From assembly GCA_963845755.1 (NCBI GenBank), contig CAWJTV010000019.1:32001-96000 (forward strand): 64,000 bases of DNA, in the 5' to 3' direction. The stretch is from an uncultured Planctomycetota bacterium (GTDB lineage Bacteria; Planctomycetota; Planctomycetia; Isosphaerales; Isosphaeraceae). A program made the position numbers and the translations under genes. The notes beneath the pieces were generated by a model. The model made no database searches and was not told the origin of the DNA. It worked only from the letters and a program-made list of their open reading frames with translations. Below are positions 21,381 to 32,062 of this stretch, in pieces; the stretch's first letter is position 1, and the number at the start of each line of letters is the position of its first letter.

Positions 21381-21406
21381 TTCCACTGTAGTAAATAATG
21401 CAGCGA
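21381..21406 (-). promoter_or_regulatory. Conserved motif TCGCYGCATT-N9-AGTGGAA, copy 1 (candidate promoter)
   Basis: Same motif and spacing as at 23373-23398; each lies at the 3' end of a sigma gene, upstream of a PEP-CTERM gene. Confidence 0.5.
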
Positions 21407-21424
21407 GGCGATCGATTCATGACT

Positions 21425-21937
21425 TCAATCTTTCCCGAATTCGATCTTTTCTTGTTCCAACCCCTCCATCCAGCGGCGGAGTTGGTCGAGTACACGCCGC
21501 TTGCGCCGGCTAATCCCCGACTGGGTGAGGCCGAGCATATCGGCGAGTTGGACTTCCGTCGTCTCGTCCCAGTAGAGGCTCTCGATGAGTTTCCTTTGAG
21601 GTTCAGCCAGCCGTTGAAGCCAGTTCTGCAAAGACTCGGAGAGCTCGATCGACGTAGTCGCGGACGCGGTTCCATCGTGGCAGTCGCCACACTCCAGGTG
21701 AATTCCCGATCGCCGGGCATAGGTCCATTCCCGCCGATAGCGTCTCAGGGCGTGAGTGACGACCCGTTGATGAACAAAGGCCTCCAAGGGGACGCCGCGC
21801 GTCGGGTCGAATTCGAGCTCAGCCTGCCAGGCTGCGGCGATGGCCTCCGCTTCCAATTCCTCGCGCCAGTCCCGCGGCGCCCAGTTCGGCGGCACCCGCC
21901 ATGTGTAGATCCTTCTCAAGTATGTGGGAGTCATCAT
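21425..21937 (-). CDS. Short sigma-70 family factor (region 2 plus region 4 HTH), copy 1
   Basis: AELEFDPTRGVPLEAFVHQRV (region 2-like) and L..PQRKLIESLYW..TEVQLADMLGLTQSGISRRKRR (region 4). Confidence 0.85.
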   Translation of the reverse strand: MMTPTYLRRIYTWRVPPNWAPRDWREELEAEAIAAAWQAELEFDPTRGVPLEAFVHQRVVTHALRRYRREWTYARRSGIHLECGDCHDGTASATTSIELSESLQNWLQRLAEPQRKLIESLYWDETTEVQLADMLGLTQSGISRRKRRVLDQLRRWMEGLEQEKIEFGKD

Positions 21938-22076
21938 GGTTTCCGGACTTTCGCTCGGAAGTTATTACCGCCAGGCCGTGGAAAACCAACGGCGCACGGC
22001 GCCGGTCTGAGGCGTTTCACGCTTGGGTTGCGCGGGGGACAATCAAGACAGGTACTCAGAGATGTCACGGGAGGGA

Positions 22077-22194
22077 GCCGATTAGCTGTTCCGGGAGACG
22101 CGGATCGCAGAAGGGCAGCCCGAGGCCATGTTCGACGCGCTGAAGATCCCGCGCGGGGGCGATGGTGGCCGACGTCGGCGCTGGGTCGGGCTAC
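22077..22194 (+). pseudogene. Degenerate internal fragment of the methyltransferase gene at 15359-16286
   Basis: GAGACGCGGATCG..GAAG.GCAGCCCGAGGCCATG.TCGACGC.CTGAAGATCCCGCGCGGGG...GTGGCCGACGTCGG matches about 15644-15760. Confidence 0.8.
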
Positions 22195-22201
22195 CCAGGC
22201 C

Positions 22202-23182
22202 TCAAGACGGACGCGAAGGTCCTGCATACTTCCCGTTCACTCGCATCCGGTTCCGAAGGGCATAGCCCAGCCCGATTAAACCCGAGCCCAACAGCAGGAC
22301 AGAGGTCGGCTCCGGAACCGAGGCCAGCGATCCAATGACGCCGGGGCTGGTGGACGTCGTGCCGAAATCCACGCCTGCACCACTCTGAATCAGTGCCGGA
22401 TCGAATGTTGCACTGAGAATATCACCGTTGATGGCCAGGTCTACTCCATAGGAGCTGGCCATCGGCTGCATCAATTCGAACATCGTATCCGCAATCGTAG
22501 TGCCCGACGTATCCGGCAAGGACTGGGAGCTGAATGAAAACTGAAGTTCTCCCACATCGGTGGAAAAGCCCGCCGTAAATACGGCGAAATCCCCTCGAGA
22601 ATCCAGGGGATCGAAATTCCCGTTGTTGAACTGGACGGAGGCCTGGAGGACGGCTGCACCCGTAATGCGGATGCTGTCTTTCCGCTCCCCCGTTGTTCCC
22701 ACATCGAACGACACATCACTCACGGCAGGCATGTTCGTCAGTTTAACAGTCGATGAACCCGACTTGTAATCAACTGTGAAGGGACCCGAGGGAGTGCCAA
22801 GCACGCTCGCGATCGCGTTCGCCTTATCCGCCGCCTTCATATCCGGGTTCACATGGACCGTGTAAGGCGTCCCTTTCTCTCCGTCGGGGCCGATGGTGAT
22901 CGTGATGTCTCCCGCCTTCTTGATTTGCGGAGCCGACACGTCGAATGAAACCGAACTGCCGGCATTCGCGATTCCCATCGTTGCGAGAGTCAGGGCGCCG
23001 AAACCCAGAATGGCAGCAAGGTGACGCGCCCCACTTCTCCGTGGAGCGAAACGAATCGTTTTGGTATCGCAGAAGTCGGAGGTTTGTCCCAGTTCCGGCT
23101 TCCGCCGTGCTCCGATCCGTCGAGTGCTCTGAGGCCCGCCAAGAATCATGAAGTCCGAGCAAACTAACAACGGACTTGTCAT
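22202..23182 (-). CDS. PEP-CTERM sorting-domain protein 2
   Basis: AGGAG RBS at ATG 23182, hydrophobic signal segment, C-terminal VPEPTSVLLLGSGLIGLGYALRNRMR. Confidence 0.88.
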   Translation of the reverse strand: MTSPLLVCSDFMILGGPQSTRRIGARRKPELGQTSDFCDTKTIRFAPRRSGARHLAAILGFGALTLATMGIANAGSSVSFDVSAPQIKKAGDITITIGPDGEKGTPYTVHVNPDMKAADKANAIASVLGTPSGPFTVDYKSGSSTVKLTNMPAVSDVSFDVGTTGERKDSIRITGAAVLQASVQFNNGNFDPLDSRGDFAVFTAGFSTDVGELQFSFSSQSLPDTSGTTIADTMFELMQPMASSYGVDLAINGDILSATFDPALIQSGAGVDFGTTSTSPGVIGSLASVPEPTSVLLLGSGLIGLGYALRNRMRVNGKYAGPSRPS

Positions 23183-23372
23183 CTGAGGATCTCCTTGGTC
23201 TTGAGGTTGATCGGAATCGACAGTGAAAAATAGGCGAATTGGCGTCACATCCCCTGGAAGCGGAGACTGGTAAGCTCATAACACGGAGTGTTATGGACCG
23301 GAGGCTCGGCCTCAATGATCCAGAACACAAGGCCAAGAATCCGTCGGTCCCGCGAACCCTTCCTCACTTCTC

Positions 23373-23398
23373 TTCCACTACTGATGAGAATGCGGCGA
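23373..23398 (-). promoter_or_regulatory. Conserved motif TCGCYGCATT-N9-AGTGGAA, copy 2
   Basis: See copy 1. Confidence 0.5.
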
Positions 23399-23922
23399 CC
23401 GAGCTGCCCTACCAGTTGATTCTGTCAAGGCATTTCTTTTTTCGGAGAGGCGAATACTACGGCGGAGGTGCTCGATGATTTGACGCTTGCGCAGGCTGAC
23501 GGATTGCTGACTGAGGAAAAGCCGCCGGGCGACGTCAACCTCCGTCATCCCCTCCCAGTACAGGCGTTCGATGAGCCAGCGTTGGGATTTCGGCAGCCGG
23601 TCGAGGAAACACCGCACGGACTCGGAGACCTCGAAGGACGTAAAGCCGTTGGAGGTCATGTCGATGCCGTCGCAGTCCACCGATCGAGGTTTGCAGCGTC
23701 ATGCGTATGCCCATTCGCGACGATAGCGACTCAGGGCGTGGGCCAGGACCCGCTGGTGAATGAACGCCGGCAAGGGGACGCCGCGCTCGGATCGAACTCA
23801 AGCTCGGCCTCCCACGCGGCAGCAACCGCCTCCGCTTCCATTTCCTCTCGCCAGTCCCTCGGCGACCAGTTCGGCGGCACGCGCCATCGGTAGATCTGTC
23901 TCAAAGACCGGTCAGTCATCAC
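23378..23922 (-). CDS. Short sigma-70 family factor, copy 2 (frameshifted)
   Basis: WRVPPNWSPRDWREEMEAEA..AAWEAELEFDP and LPKSQRWLIERLYWEGMTEVDVARRL.LSQQSVS are paralogous to copy 1. Confidence 0.82.
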
Positions 23923-24101
23923 TCTCTCCTGGGTCTCTCTTACCCTCCAAGCAGGCGCAATCGGATGCAGGGCTTCGGCGCTGCCCCTCGGCTGCGCTCG
24001 CCGGGTTGCGTGCAGCTCACTGACTCGACTGGTCAGATCCAGCCTGAATCGGGTCGAAGCGTCTCCTCCAATTGGCCGGATACTGGTCGAACACCAACTC
24101 G

Positions 24102-24248
24102 AGAGCGCCTATCGATTGGGTTGCGCCCATGTCCGGCAGCGTTGTCGGCTAGACCAGCCCGACGCGCGAGCGAGGCGATTGGCCTGGAGACCCTCGCTCG
24201 CGCGTCGGGCTGGTGTGGCACGTGCGCAACCCAATCGATAGGAGCTCT
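24102..24248. repeat. Nested palindrome, MITE/REPIN-like
   Basis: Outer perfect 19-bp IR at 24108-24126 and 24224-24242; inner perfect 23-bp IR at 24153-24175 and 24192-24214. Confidence 0.85.
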
Positions 24249-24850
24249 ACCGGTCCCGCAGCCAGGAATCCCGAAGGAGCGACAGTGGAAGAATTGTTGG
24301 GATCTTTCACGATCTGGAAGGTGGGCGACCGGCGTGAGGATTTGATCGGCCTATCAGGCCGGCCGGAGAGGCGGGGTGGCAGGAAGACGTTACCATCGGG
24401 CCGACGTGGCACCCTCTGATTCAACCCGAGGCACGGAGTCGAAGAGCTACTCTCTTGCATTCCGATGGCGATACCTGTTAAAAGACATGTGTTTGTTCGG
24501 CCTAACCGATGTCTTTCGGGTTAGGCTTGATTCGTCATGGCCCCTCTGTTTAGGGCGTTCGCGGGTCAGAACGGTCTTTGAACCTCGACCGACTTAACCA
24601 CGTGCGGCTATTTCACTCGATGCGGCCCGGAAGAACCGCACCGAGGAACGCGACGTGCTCTCTCTCGGATCGGCGGACTGGGCCTGGTGTATCTGTCGGC
24701 GTCCGAGACAAGATCACTGGCGAGCAGGACTTGATCCCCAAGGTGCAATGCGCCACTGGGTTGGCTACGCGACATCCGATCAGCCCTGATGGCCCTCAAC
24801 GCGAATGCCCGGCGTTCTGTACCTCTTCACCATCTTCTCGGAGCCACGTC

Positions 24851-25660
24851 ATGAGGAACCTCATCGCGCGCGCCGTCGTCGTATGCATGTTCGTTCTGGT
24901 TGCGCCAGGTATGACCCCTGTGGTCCGCGCCGGTCTCTTGAATCCTTTTGAAGCATCTCTGGTCGTCCAATCGACGGCGACGGATACAGATGCGATGCTT
25001 CTCTCCTTATTCTCTGGCTTTAAACCCGGGCAAACGCTCAACTACAACGCGAGCTTGACCACGACCTCGTGGTCGGGCACGCTCATGGGCACTTACCTTG
25101 GGACGGGACTGAGCTTGACCTACTTGGGTGACCTCTCGAATTACCCATCAGGTCCGGTGAACTGGACGAGCTCGGGCTCTTATGGAAACCAAAGCTGGAA
25201 CGGCAGCGGCAGCGCTACGATTGCGGATACCTCCTCCACGACATTCCAGGTCGGCTTCAGTTATTCCATGACGGTTGGCAGCAACTCGGCTTCAATTGAT
25301 TACGTGATCCCCGGCACGGTCGGCTCGAATGGGGCGATCATGTATGGCGCTCCCGGCGATGGAGAGGTCGGGAATGGAACGGTCACACTGAATGGTGTAA
25401 AAGAAGACAATATATTTAAATTTTCTTTATGGATGTTACACCAGAATTGCACATAACTTCCGATATTGGGATACCGGGCCTTTTGATGAATGGGGTAACG
25501 ACTTTGATGTCCGGTCTGATTCTCGGGCCAATCATCGGATCGATTGGCAGTAGTCCCCGAGCCCTCCTCCTTAGTTTTGATGGGCCTGCGGGCTCCTCGG
25601 CTTGGTGGGGATCCCTCGCTCGGCGGAGCGTGGGGCGATACCGGAACGGCCGGCGATAGT
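24851..25660 (+). CDS. PEP-CTERM sorting-domain protein 3 (several frameshifts, end uncertain)
   Basis: Signal peptide MRNLIARAVVVCMFVLVA, S/T/G-rich body, VVPEPSSLVLMGL encoded near 25551-25590 in a shifted frame. Confidence 0.7.
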
Positions 25661-25894
25661 TGCTCGTCCGGGAACTGACGATCCGACACCAAGTCTTCCT
25701 CATCTGGTTGCTCACGCACCGGCCCCGTGGAATCGATGTGCTCCGCCCTATGAGCAAGCCCCGTGTTCGGGACCAACCCGCCGCTGGCCGTAGCAGCCTT
25801 CGGGTGAACGCGTGCTCGCACTCTATTGATCGACGTGTCCGTGCGAATTAAGTATGTGGGTTCGTGCGATCATGCGCTGCATGCGAAGGCCGCA

Positions 25895-28800
25895 CTAACT
25901 AGGGTCTCCGATCAGGATGAACGCCGCCCAATAGAAGGGGTGTTCATAGGGGCGGCCGGGCTTGGCTGCGGAGCGCGATGGGCCGCGCTTCTTGTCACTC
26001 CGCTCAACCGCCGGCAGGCTGGCTCGGAGTCGATCCGCGTCGGCTGCTGTCAGCGATCGGAGCCATTGTTTCGCCTCGGCCAGGGCCTCGGCCTTGGGCA
26101 GGGGATGGTCCAGGTCAGGCCGTCGGCCGAGTAGGTTCTGATAGAAGCGTCTCATGAACAGCGCCGTCGTCGCGTCGTCCACGTTCCAGAGGCTCAGGAC
26201 GATGCTCTTCGCGCCTGCCAGGAAGAGGGCCTGGGAGAAGCCCAGATAGCCCTCGCCGCCGCTCTGGCGACCCAATCCGCTCTGGCAGGCGCTCGAACGT
26301 CACCAGCTCGGCGTTCAGTTTCCACGTACTCATGACTTCGCTGGCGGAGAGGGTCCCGTCGAAAATCGGCCCTTCGCTCGGCGAGTTCGACTACTGGGCG
26401 GCGCATGCCGTCCTGCGAGAGGATCAGCCGGGAATTCATCGGGCACAGGTCATCCATCTCGCCGTGGGTCGCCAGATGGATGAAGGCGAACGTCCCCAGT
26501 TCGCCTCGGGCACGCAGCGCCTCGAGCCGCGCTTCGCTGGCGTCGGAGCCGAGAAGGACCGTTTTCTGGTCGAAGAGTCGGGCCACGTCTTGCACTTCAT
26601 GACGGGAGCCGGGCAAGGGGATGAAAGCCCCTGCGCGAGAACTGCGGATCACGGAGTCGGTGTCATGCCGGGCGAGAATCGCCTTGGCGGGCGACTGGGT
26701 GCTGAGAGTGACTCCCAACGGACCCGGGCGGACGGTCCTGTCGAGGATCTCGCCGTCCCGCCAGACCGAGACGGCGACTCTCCCGGCGTTGGAATCGACG
26801 GCCTGGATCTTCTTGTCGAGGTCGCCGCGGGTCGCCACTTCGACTCCGGAGTAGTGGAGCAGGACATCACCCCGCTGGATGCCAGCCTGCTCGGCAATCG
26901 AGCCCGCCTCGACGCGCTGGACGAGCACGCCGTTGTCGGGAGGTTTGGGATTCGGCGCGGCGGGCTGAGGTACCGGATCGCCGAGGGCCAGGAGGCGGGG
27001 TGGCGACGGCCGACCTTGCTGATCGAGGTCGTGTTCCTCGAGCCAGGCAAAGAGCGTGCCCGACGGCACGTAGCTAACGATGTAGGCCGGTGCGCCGGGG
27101 GGGCGGCCCAGCAGAAGGGTCTCGACGGGGATCCCGGCCATCGCGGGCGAGGGCAGAACGATCAGGTACCGGACTGCCGGCAGGCCGTTGCCAGCCCCAA
27201 GCGCGGTCTCCACTGGGGCCAGCCGCTGATTCGCCAGTTCCGCCAGGCGCTTCTGCCAGGCACTCCCGTTTTCGGCGAGGAGCTGGCGGACCGCGCCAGG
27301 GCGATGGTCGTCAGCCTGGGTCCACGTCTCGCCTGGGCCCGTGCCATGGATCCGAATCCACCGCGGCGCGCCGCGATGCCGGACGACGCAGGCCCAGTGA
27401 TCCCCGTGTGGGTCCTTGGCATTAGGCATGGTCCTGAGATCCAGCCAACCAACGAGTGCCGCGTCAGCCGGAAGCCGAGTCTGGATCTTCTCGAGGGAAT
27501 AGACCGTACCGGCGGCCGCCTGGTATTTCCGCACGAGGTCCGATTCGAAGCGGGTCAGTAGGCGTTGCAGCTCCAATCGCTCGATCTGGAGCTTATCGAG
27601 CACCCGCCTCTGGTTGACGGCGAGGGCCTTGACGCTGGCGAGCGTGCTAATCTGGTTGTCAAGCCGATCGAGCTTCTCGCCCAATTCGTCCTGCCGGCGC
27701 CGCTCCTCGGTTGTGAGAGGGCGGCCGCGGCGGGCCGCCAGGTCATCGAACAGACCGCGCGCCAGTCCCGATTCCCAGTATTGCCATGCGTCCTGATCAG
27801 ATCCTCGCCGGGCCAGGAGGGAGGCGACGAGCGGCGAAGGCGAACGCTTCGCGGCAAACTCGGCCCGATCGAGTCCTGTGAAGCTGACTCGAGATCTCGC
27901 GACCTCGTATCTTTGGGCTGCTGCGAGCGCCATGGTTTCGGCCTGTGCTGATTCCCCGAGGGCGTGCAGGTTGGCTGCCAGGTTGTTGTACGTGAAGGCC
28001 GTTTCGGGGTTGTCCTCGCCCAGGTTACGGCGGTAGATCCCCAGCGCGTATTCGATAGAGCGGCTCAGCCTCGGCATGCTTTCCTTGGGCGTCCAGGTTG
28101 ACCGCCAGGTTGCTGTAACCCGCGGCCGTGTCGGGGTGGTTTTCGCCCGGAGTGCGACGCCAGATCGACAGAGCTTTCTGAAAGTACGTCTCGGCATCGG
28201 TGAATTTCCCCTGAGCGTAGAGGTCGTGGGCCAGGTTGGCATACATAAAAGCCGTATCTGCGTCGGCCTCACCCGGTTTCTCCTGAATGGCCAGCGCCTT
28301 CTCGAAGTACCGCTGAGCCTCGGCATGTTTCCCTTGCTCGGTTAGATTGCAGGCTATGTTGTGATAACTCTGGGCCGTGACCGCGTTGTGCTCGCCCAGT
28401 AACCGACGGCGAATCTCCAGCGCCTTCTGGAACAGGGGCTCGGCCGCCGCGGTCTTCCCCTGGGCCCAGAGGTTGCTGGCAAGGTCGTTGTAGACATCAG
28501 CCGTGAGGAGATGCCCCTCACCCAAAGTGCCCAATCGGATTGCCAGCGCATTGTGATAGTAGAGCTCGGCCTCGTCGTACTTTCCCAGAAAGTAGAGGGT
28601 ATTGGCCAACTCGTAATAGCCCGATGCGATTCCGGCGTCATCTGGATTCAGCAGTTTCAGCCGGATTGCCAATGCCTTGCGCCGGAGCGGTTCTGATTCC
28701 GCGAGACGACCGAGCTCCTCCAGTATCCGGATCCACTCGTCATAACTGCTTGCGGTATCGAGATGGTCCTCCCCCAGGACTTTGAGGCGGATCTCCAGCA

Positions 28801-29926
28801 ACTTTCGATACAACGGCTCGACCTCATCGCGCCGGCCCAGCGCGGCGAGGGTCGAGGCCAGGCCGCTGTAGCTGAGGGCGGTCTCGGGGTGGTCCTCGGT
28901 CAAGACTTTGATCCGAATCGCCAACGCTTTCCGATGCAACTCCTCGGACTCGGGCAACTTGCGGCGGCGGACAAACAGATTGTAGCCCAGGTTGAAATAG
29001 ACACAGGCCGTCTGGGCGTTGTCCTCGCCCAGAACGCGCCGATCGATCTCGAGCGCCTTGCGGAACAGCGGCTCGGCCTCGTCATGTTTGCCCAGTTCCT
29101 TGAGATGGTTTGCCAGGCCGTCGTAGCCGGTGGCCGTCTCGGCATGATCCTCGCCGCGAGTCCTCTTCCAGATCTGAGATGCCTGTTCGAAGAGGCGACC
29201 GGCCTCGTCGAACTTCTTGAGGGCATCGAGGCAATAACCCATTTCATGAGAGATCCGGGCTATATCAGGGTGTTGCTCGCCGAGGACTCGCAGCAGGTTC
29301 GTCCGGGCCTTGCGGAATAGCGGCTCGGCCTCGCTCGACCGGCCGAGTCGATACAAGATGTAGGCCAGCTTCTCCTCGCTCCGCGCGGTCCATTCATGGT
29401 TCTCGCCGAGCATTCGTCGGAAGAGATCCGTGGCCTCCTGGCGGAGCGGTCGGGCTTTGAGATGCTCACCGCGCTCGAAGAGGGCGTCGCCCTCGGCGGC
29501 AAGGCGTTCCGCCGTCACGAGCGTGGCTCGCGCCTCGGGCGGCATGGCTGCGATTGTCCTGAGAACCTCGAACCGGCGCAGGGAGTCGGCCGTCTCCCAG
29601 TGATCGTTGCCCTGGGCGCGTGCCCGGATCGCCAGGATTCCTCGAACCTTGGTGGCTGCGTCGGCGAATTGGCCCTTCGACTCGAGCTCGACAGCGGTCT
29701 TTTGCAGCGCCTCGACTCGCTTTGAATCGTCACCGCGGAGGATTCTCGACGTCGCGTTCGAGTTGGGAGCGGAACTCTCCGACTGGGATTGTGCGAGCGC
29801 CGCGCCGGCTCCTGCTAGCCAGATGAGACCGGCCTGTACCAGAGCACGTGCGATCGAGCTGGCCTGGGATTCACGCCGTCCGGGGCTCTCTGGGGATGAT
29901 CCGTCTGAGATATGCAGAGCAGCCAT
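25895..29926 (-). CDS. TPR-repeat CHAT (caspase-like) protease with inserted PDZ domain (about 3 frameshifts)
   Basis: Many LGEDHPETA-type 42-aa TPRs; [45 protein letters not shown] and HPFYWAAF. Confidence 0.92.
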
Positions 29927-29950
29927 CGGTCTCCTCTTTCGGATTCCGAT

Positions 29951-32035
29951 TCAGGGATTCTTCGGCGCCGAATTGACCGGGAAGGCGACGATGCGGACTG
30001 CCGCAATCCCGGGTTGAGATGAGAGAGATATGCCGAGCTCGGTCAATAACCTGAGCCCGTGCGAGACTTTTCCAGGGGACCCCTCGCGATGAGTCACCAG
30101 GGGCTCGCACCGTTCTCCATCGTACAACCAGGGGACGCGGGTCTTGATCTGACTCCATCCCTTCTCGTCAACGCGCCCTATCTTCAGGACTTCGGCCGAA
30201 GCGAGAGGCTGGTACGATCCCAGCACGACCACGCCCAGGAGCCCTTCCTTCGGCACAGGGAGGTAATCGTCGCCGGTGGGGTACTGGAAGTGACTCCGTG
30301 ACGAGGCGTTCGAGTCCTTCTCGGGGTACTGTAGCTCGCGGGTCCCATCCGGGTTAACGAGGATCAGATACGGGAAAAGCGGCGCTCCGAAGATCGCTTC
30401 GACGACGAAGTGGAGGCTGTCGTCGGCCGCCGCCTGGGGCCCGTCCTGCGGGTCGCCAATGCGGCCGAGATCCGTCAGATCATCGGGTGTTTTCCCGAAG
30501 CGGTAGAGATGGACGGTCAGCGTCGTGTGGACCGGGTCACCGTTGCGCACGATCGATGTGTGTGGGGCCGTCGGGGACTCGTTCGCTTCACGTTCGGCCG
30601 AGATCGACTTCGGCTCTTGGCCCTGCCAACGGCCCAGGATCGGGTATGACAGAAGCGGCAAAGCCACGCACGCGACGACGACGGCGACGTGCTTCGAGAA
30701 CCCGGGACGGCGCGACCGATCCCATCGCGGCCTCCACCACCTCGGCTCGGAGCCGGTCATCCCGACTCCTACGTCCCCGGCCGGGTCGACGGGGACGGGC
30801 CCGGGGGTCAACGTGAGCGTCGCGACGGAGAGGTCCGGTGGCAGGAGCGCCCGCAGGTCATGCCCCGCCGTGAAAGGGATCAGGGCACGGCCGATGTCGG
30901 CCGGCGTCGCATAGCGCTCGGTGGGGCGTTTGGCGAGCATGCGATCGAGGACCGCGGACAGACCTTCGGGCACATCGGGCCTCTGTTCGCGGATCGGAGG
31001 CGGTGGGACCAGCCCATGGGCCATCATCTTCTCTTCGCGGGTCGCCCACCGCTCCCCGGAAAACGGGGCGCGACCGGCGAGAAACTCGTAAAGCGTGCAT
31101 CCCATCCCGTAGACATCCGCTCGGATATCGGCCCCGCGGCCGGTGAGCCATTGCTCGGGCGCCATGTAGTCGATCGTACCCAGACGCTCATCCGCGTCGG
31201 TCAGGGCGGCGCGCGCACGACCGGGAGATTCGGGATCGATCGGGGCGAGGCGCGCGATTCCCAGGTCGAGCACCCTGACAGAGCCGGCGGGCGTGATCAT
31301 GAGGTTCGCCGGCTTGATGTCGCGGTGGATCAGGCCGAGCGTGCGGTACGCATGTTCCAAACCGATTGCAGCCTGTCGGACCACCTCGCAGGCATCAGCG
31401 ATCGGAAGCGGCCCATTCCGCTCCAGCAGCCGCGCCAGGTCGAGCCCTTCGAGGTATTCCATCACCAGGAAGGCGATTCCTTCCTCCTCGCGCGCATCGA
31501 GCGCGCGAACCAGGTTAGGGTGATCCAGGCCGCCGAGGTTGCTCATCTCCCGCTGAAAACGCGCGATGGCACGGTGATCGCTCGCCCGCTCGGGGCGAAG
31601 CACCTTGAGAGCCACGACCCGGTCCAGCCGCGTGTGGTGCGCCCGATAGACGGTGCCCATTCCGCCGCGGCCGAGCGGCTCCATGAGCCGGTAATCACCC
31701 AGCCGCTCCGGCATCCGACCATCGCCCGATCTCCCGGACTTCGGGTCGCTCGACCTCCCGAACGGCCCACCCTGGTTGCCGAATCGCTCGGCCCAGGTCC
31801 GATCTTCGTGGACATCGTCGTCGCTCTCCGGCGCGACCGGACCGCGCAGGTCCGCAATCAAGGGGTCGGACGCGTCGTTGATGGACTGGAGCACCGCCAG
31901 GCAAGAGTCGCAGCCTTCGATATGGTGCTCGACCGCGTCTCGGACCGTCCCGCACAATCGGCCGACCGCGATCGCGGACAGGAGCTCGCGGCTCGGGCAG
32001 TCGGCCCTGGGCTGTGCGTCTGGATGAGCGTTCAT
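29951..32035 (-). CDS. Ser/Thr protein kinase with N-terminal zf-HC2 motif, TM segment and C-terminal DUF4384-like domain
   Basis: HIEGCDSC; LGRGGMG, VALK, HRDIKPAN, DLGIA, GTIDYMAPEQ. Confidence 0.93.
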   Translation of the reverse strand: MNAHPDAQPRADCPSRELLSAIAVGRLCGTVRDAVEHHIEGCDSCLAVLQSINDASDPLIADLRGPVAPESDDDVHEDRTWAERFGNQGGPFGRSSDPKSGRSGDGRMPERLGDYRLMEPLGRGGMGTVYRAHHTRLDRVVALKVLRPERASDHRAIARFQREMSNLGGLDHPNLVRALDAREEEGIAFLVMEYLEGLDLARLLERNGPLPIADACEVVRQAAIGLEHAYRTLGLIHRDIKPANLMITPAGSVRVLDLGIARLAPIDPESPGRARAALTDADERLGTIDYMAPEQWLTGRGADIRADVYGMGCTLYEFLAGRAPFSGERWATREEKMMAHGLVPPPPIREQRPDVPEGLSAVLDRMLAKRPTERYATPADIGRALIPFTAGHDLRALLPPDLSVATLTLTPGPVPVDPAGDVGVGMTGSEPRWWRPRWDRSRRPGFSKHVAVVVACVALPLLSYPILGRWQGQEPKSISAEREANESPTAPHTSIVRNGDPVHTTLTVHLYRFGKTPDDLTDLGRIGDPQDGPQAAADDSLHFVVEAIFGAPLFPYLILVNPDGTRELQYPEKDSNASSRSHFQYPTGDDYLPVPKEGLLGVVVLGSYQPLASAEVLKIGRVDEKGWSQIKTRVPWLYDGERCEPLVTHREGSPGKVSHGLRLLTELGISLSSQPGIAAVRIVAFPVNSAPKNP

Positions 32036-32062
32036 GGGTCCATCTCAGGGTCCCGGTCGGTC

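Noticed and set aside
25680..25830. Riboswitch-like sequence on the minus strand (CACCCGAAGG)
   Set aside because: Other conserved glycine or SAM riboswitch elements are not found, and it is not upstream of a relevant gene.
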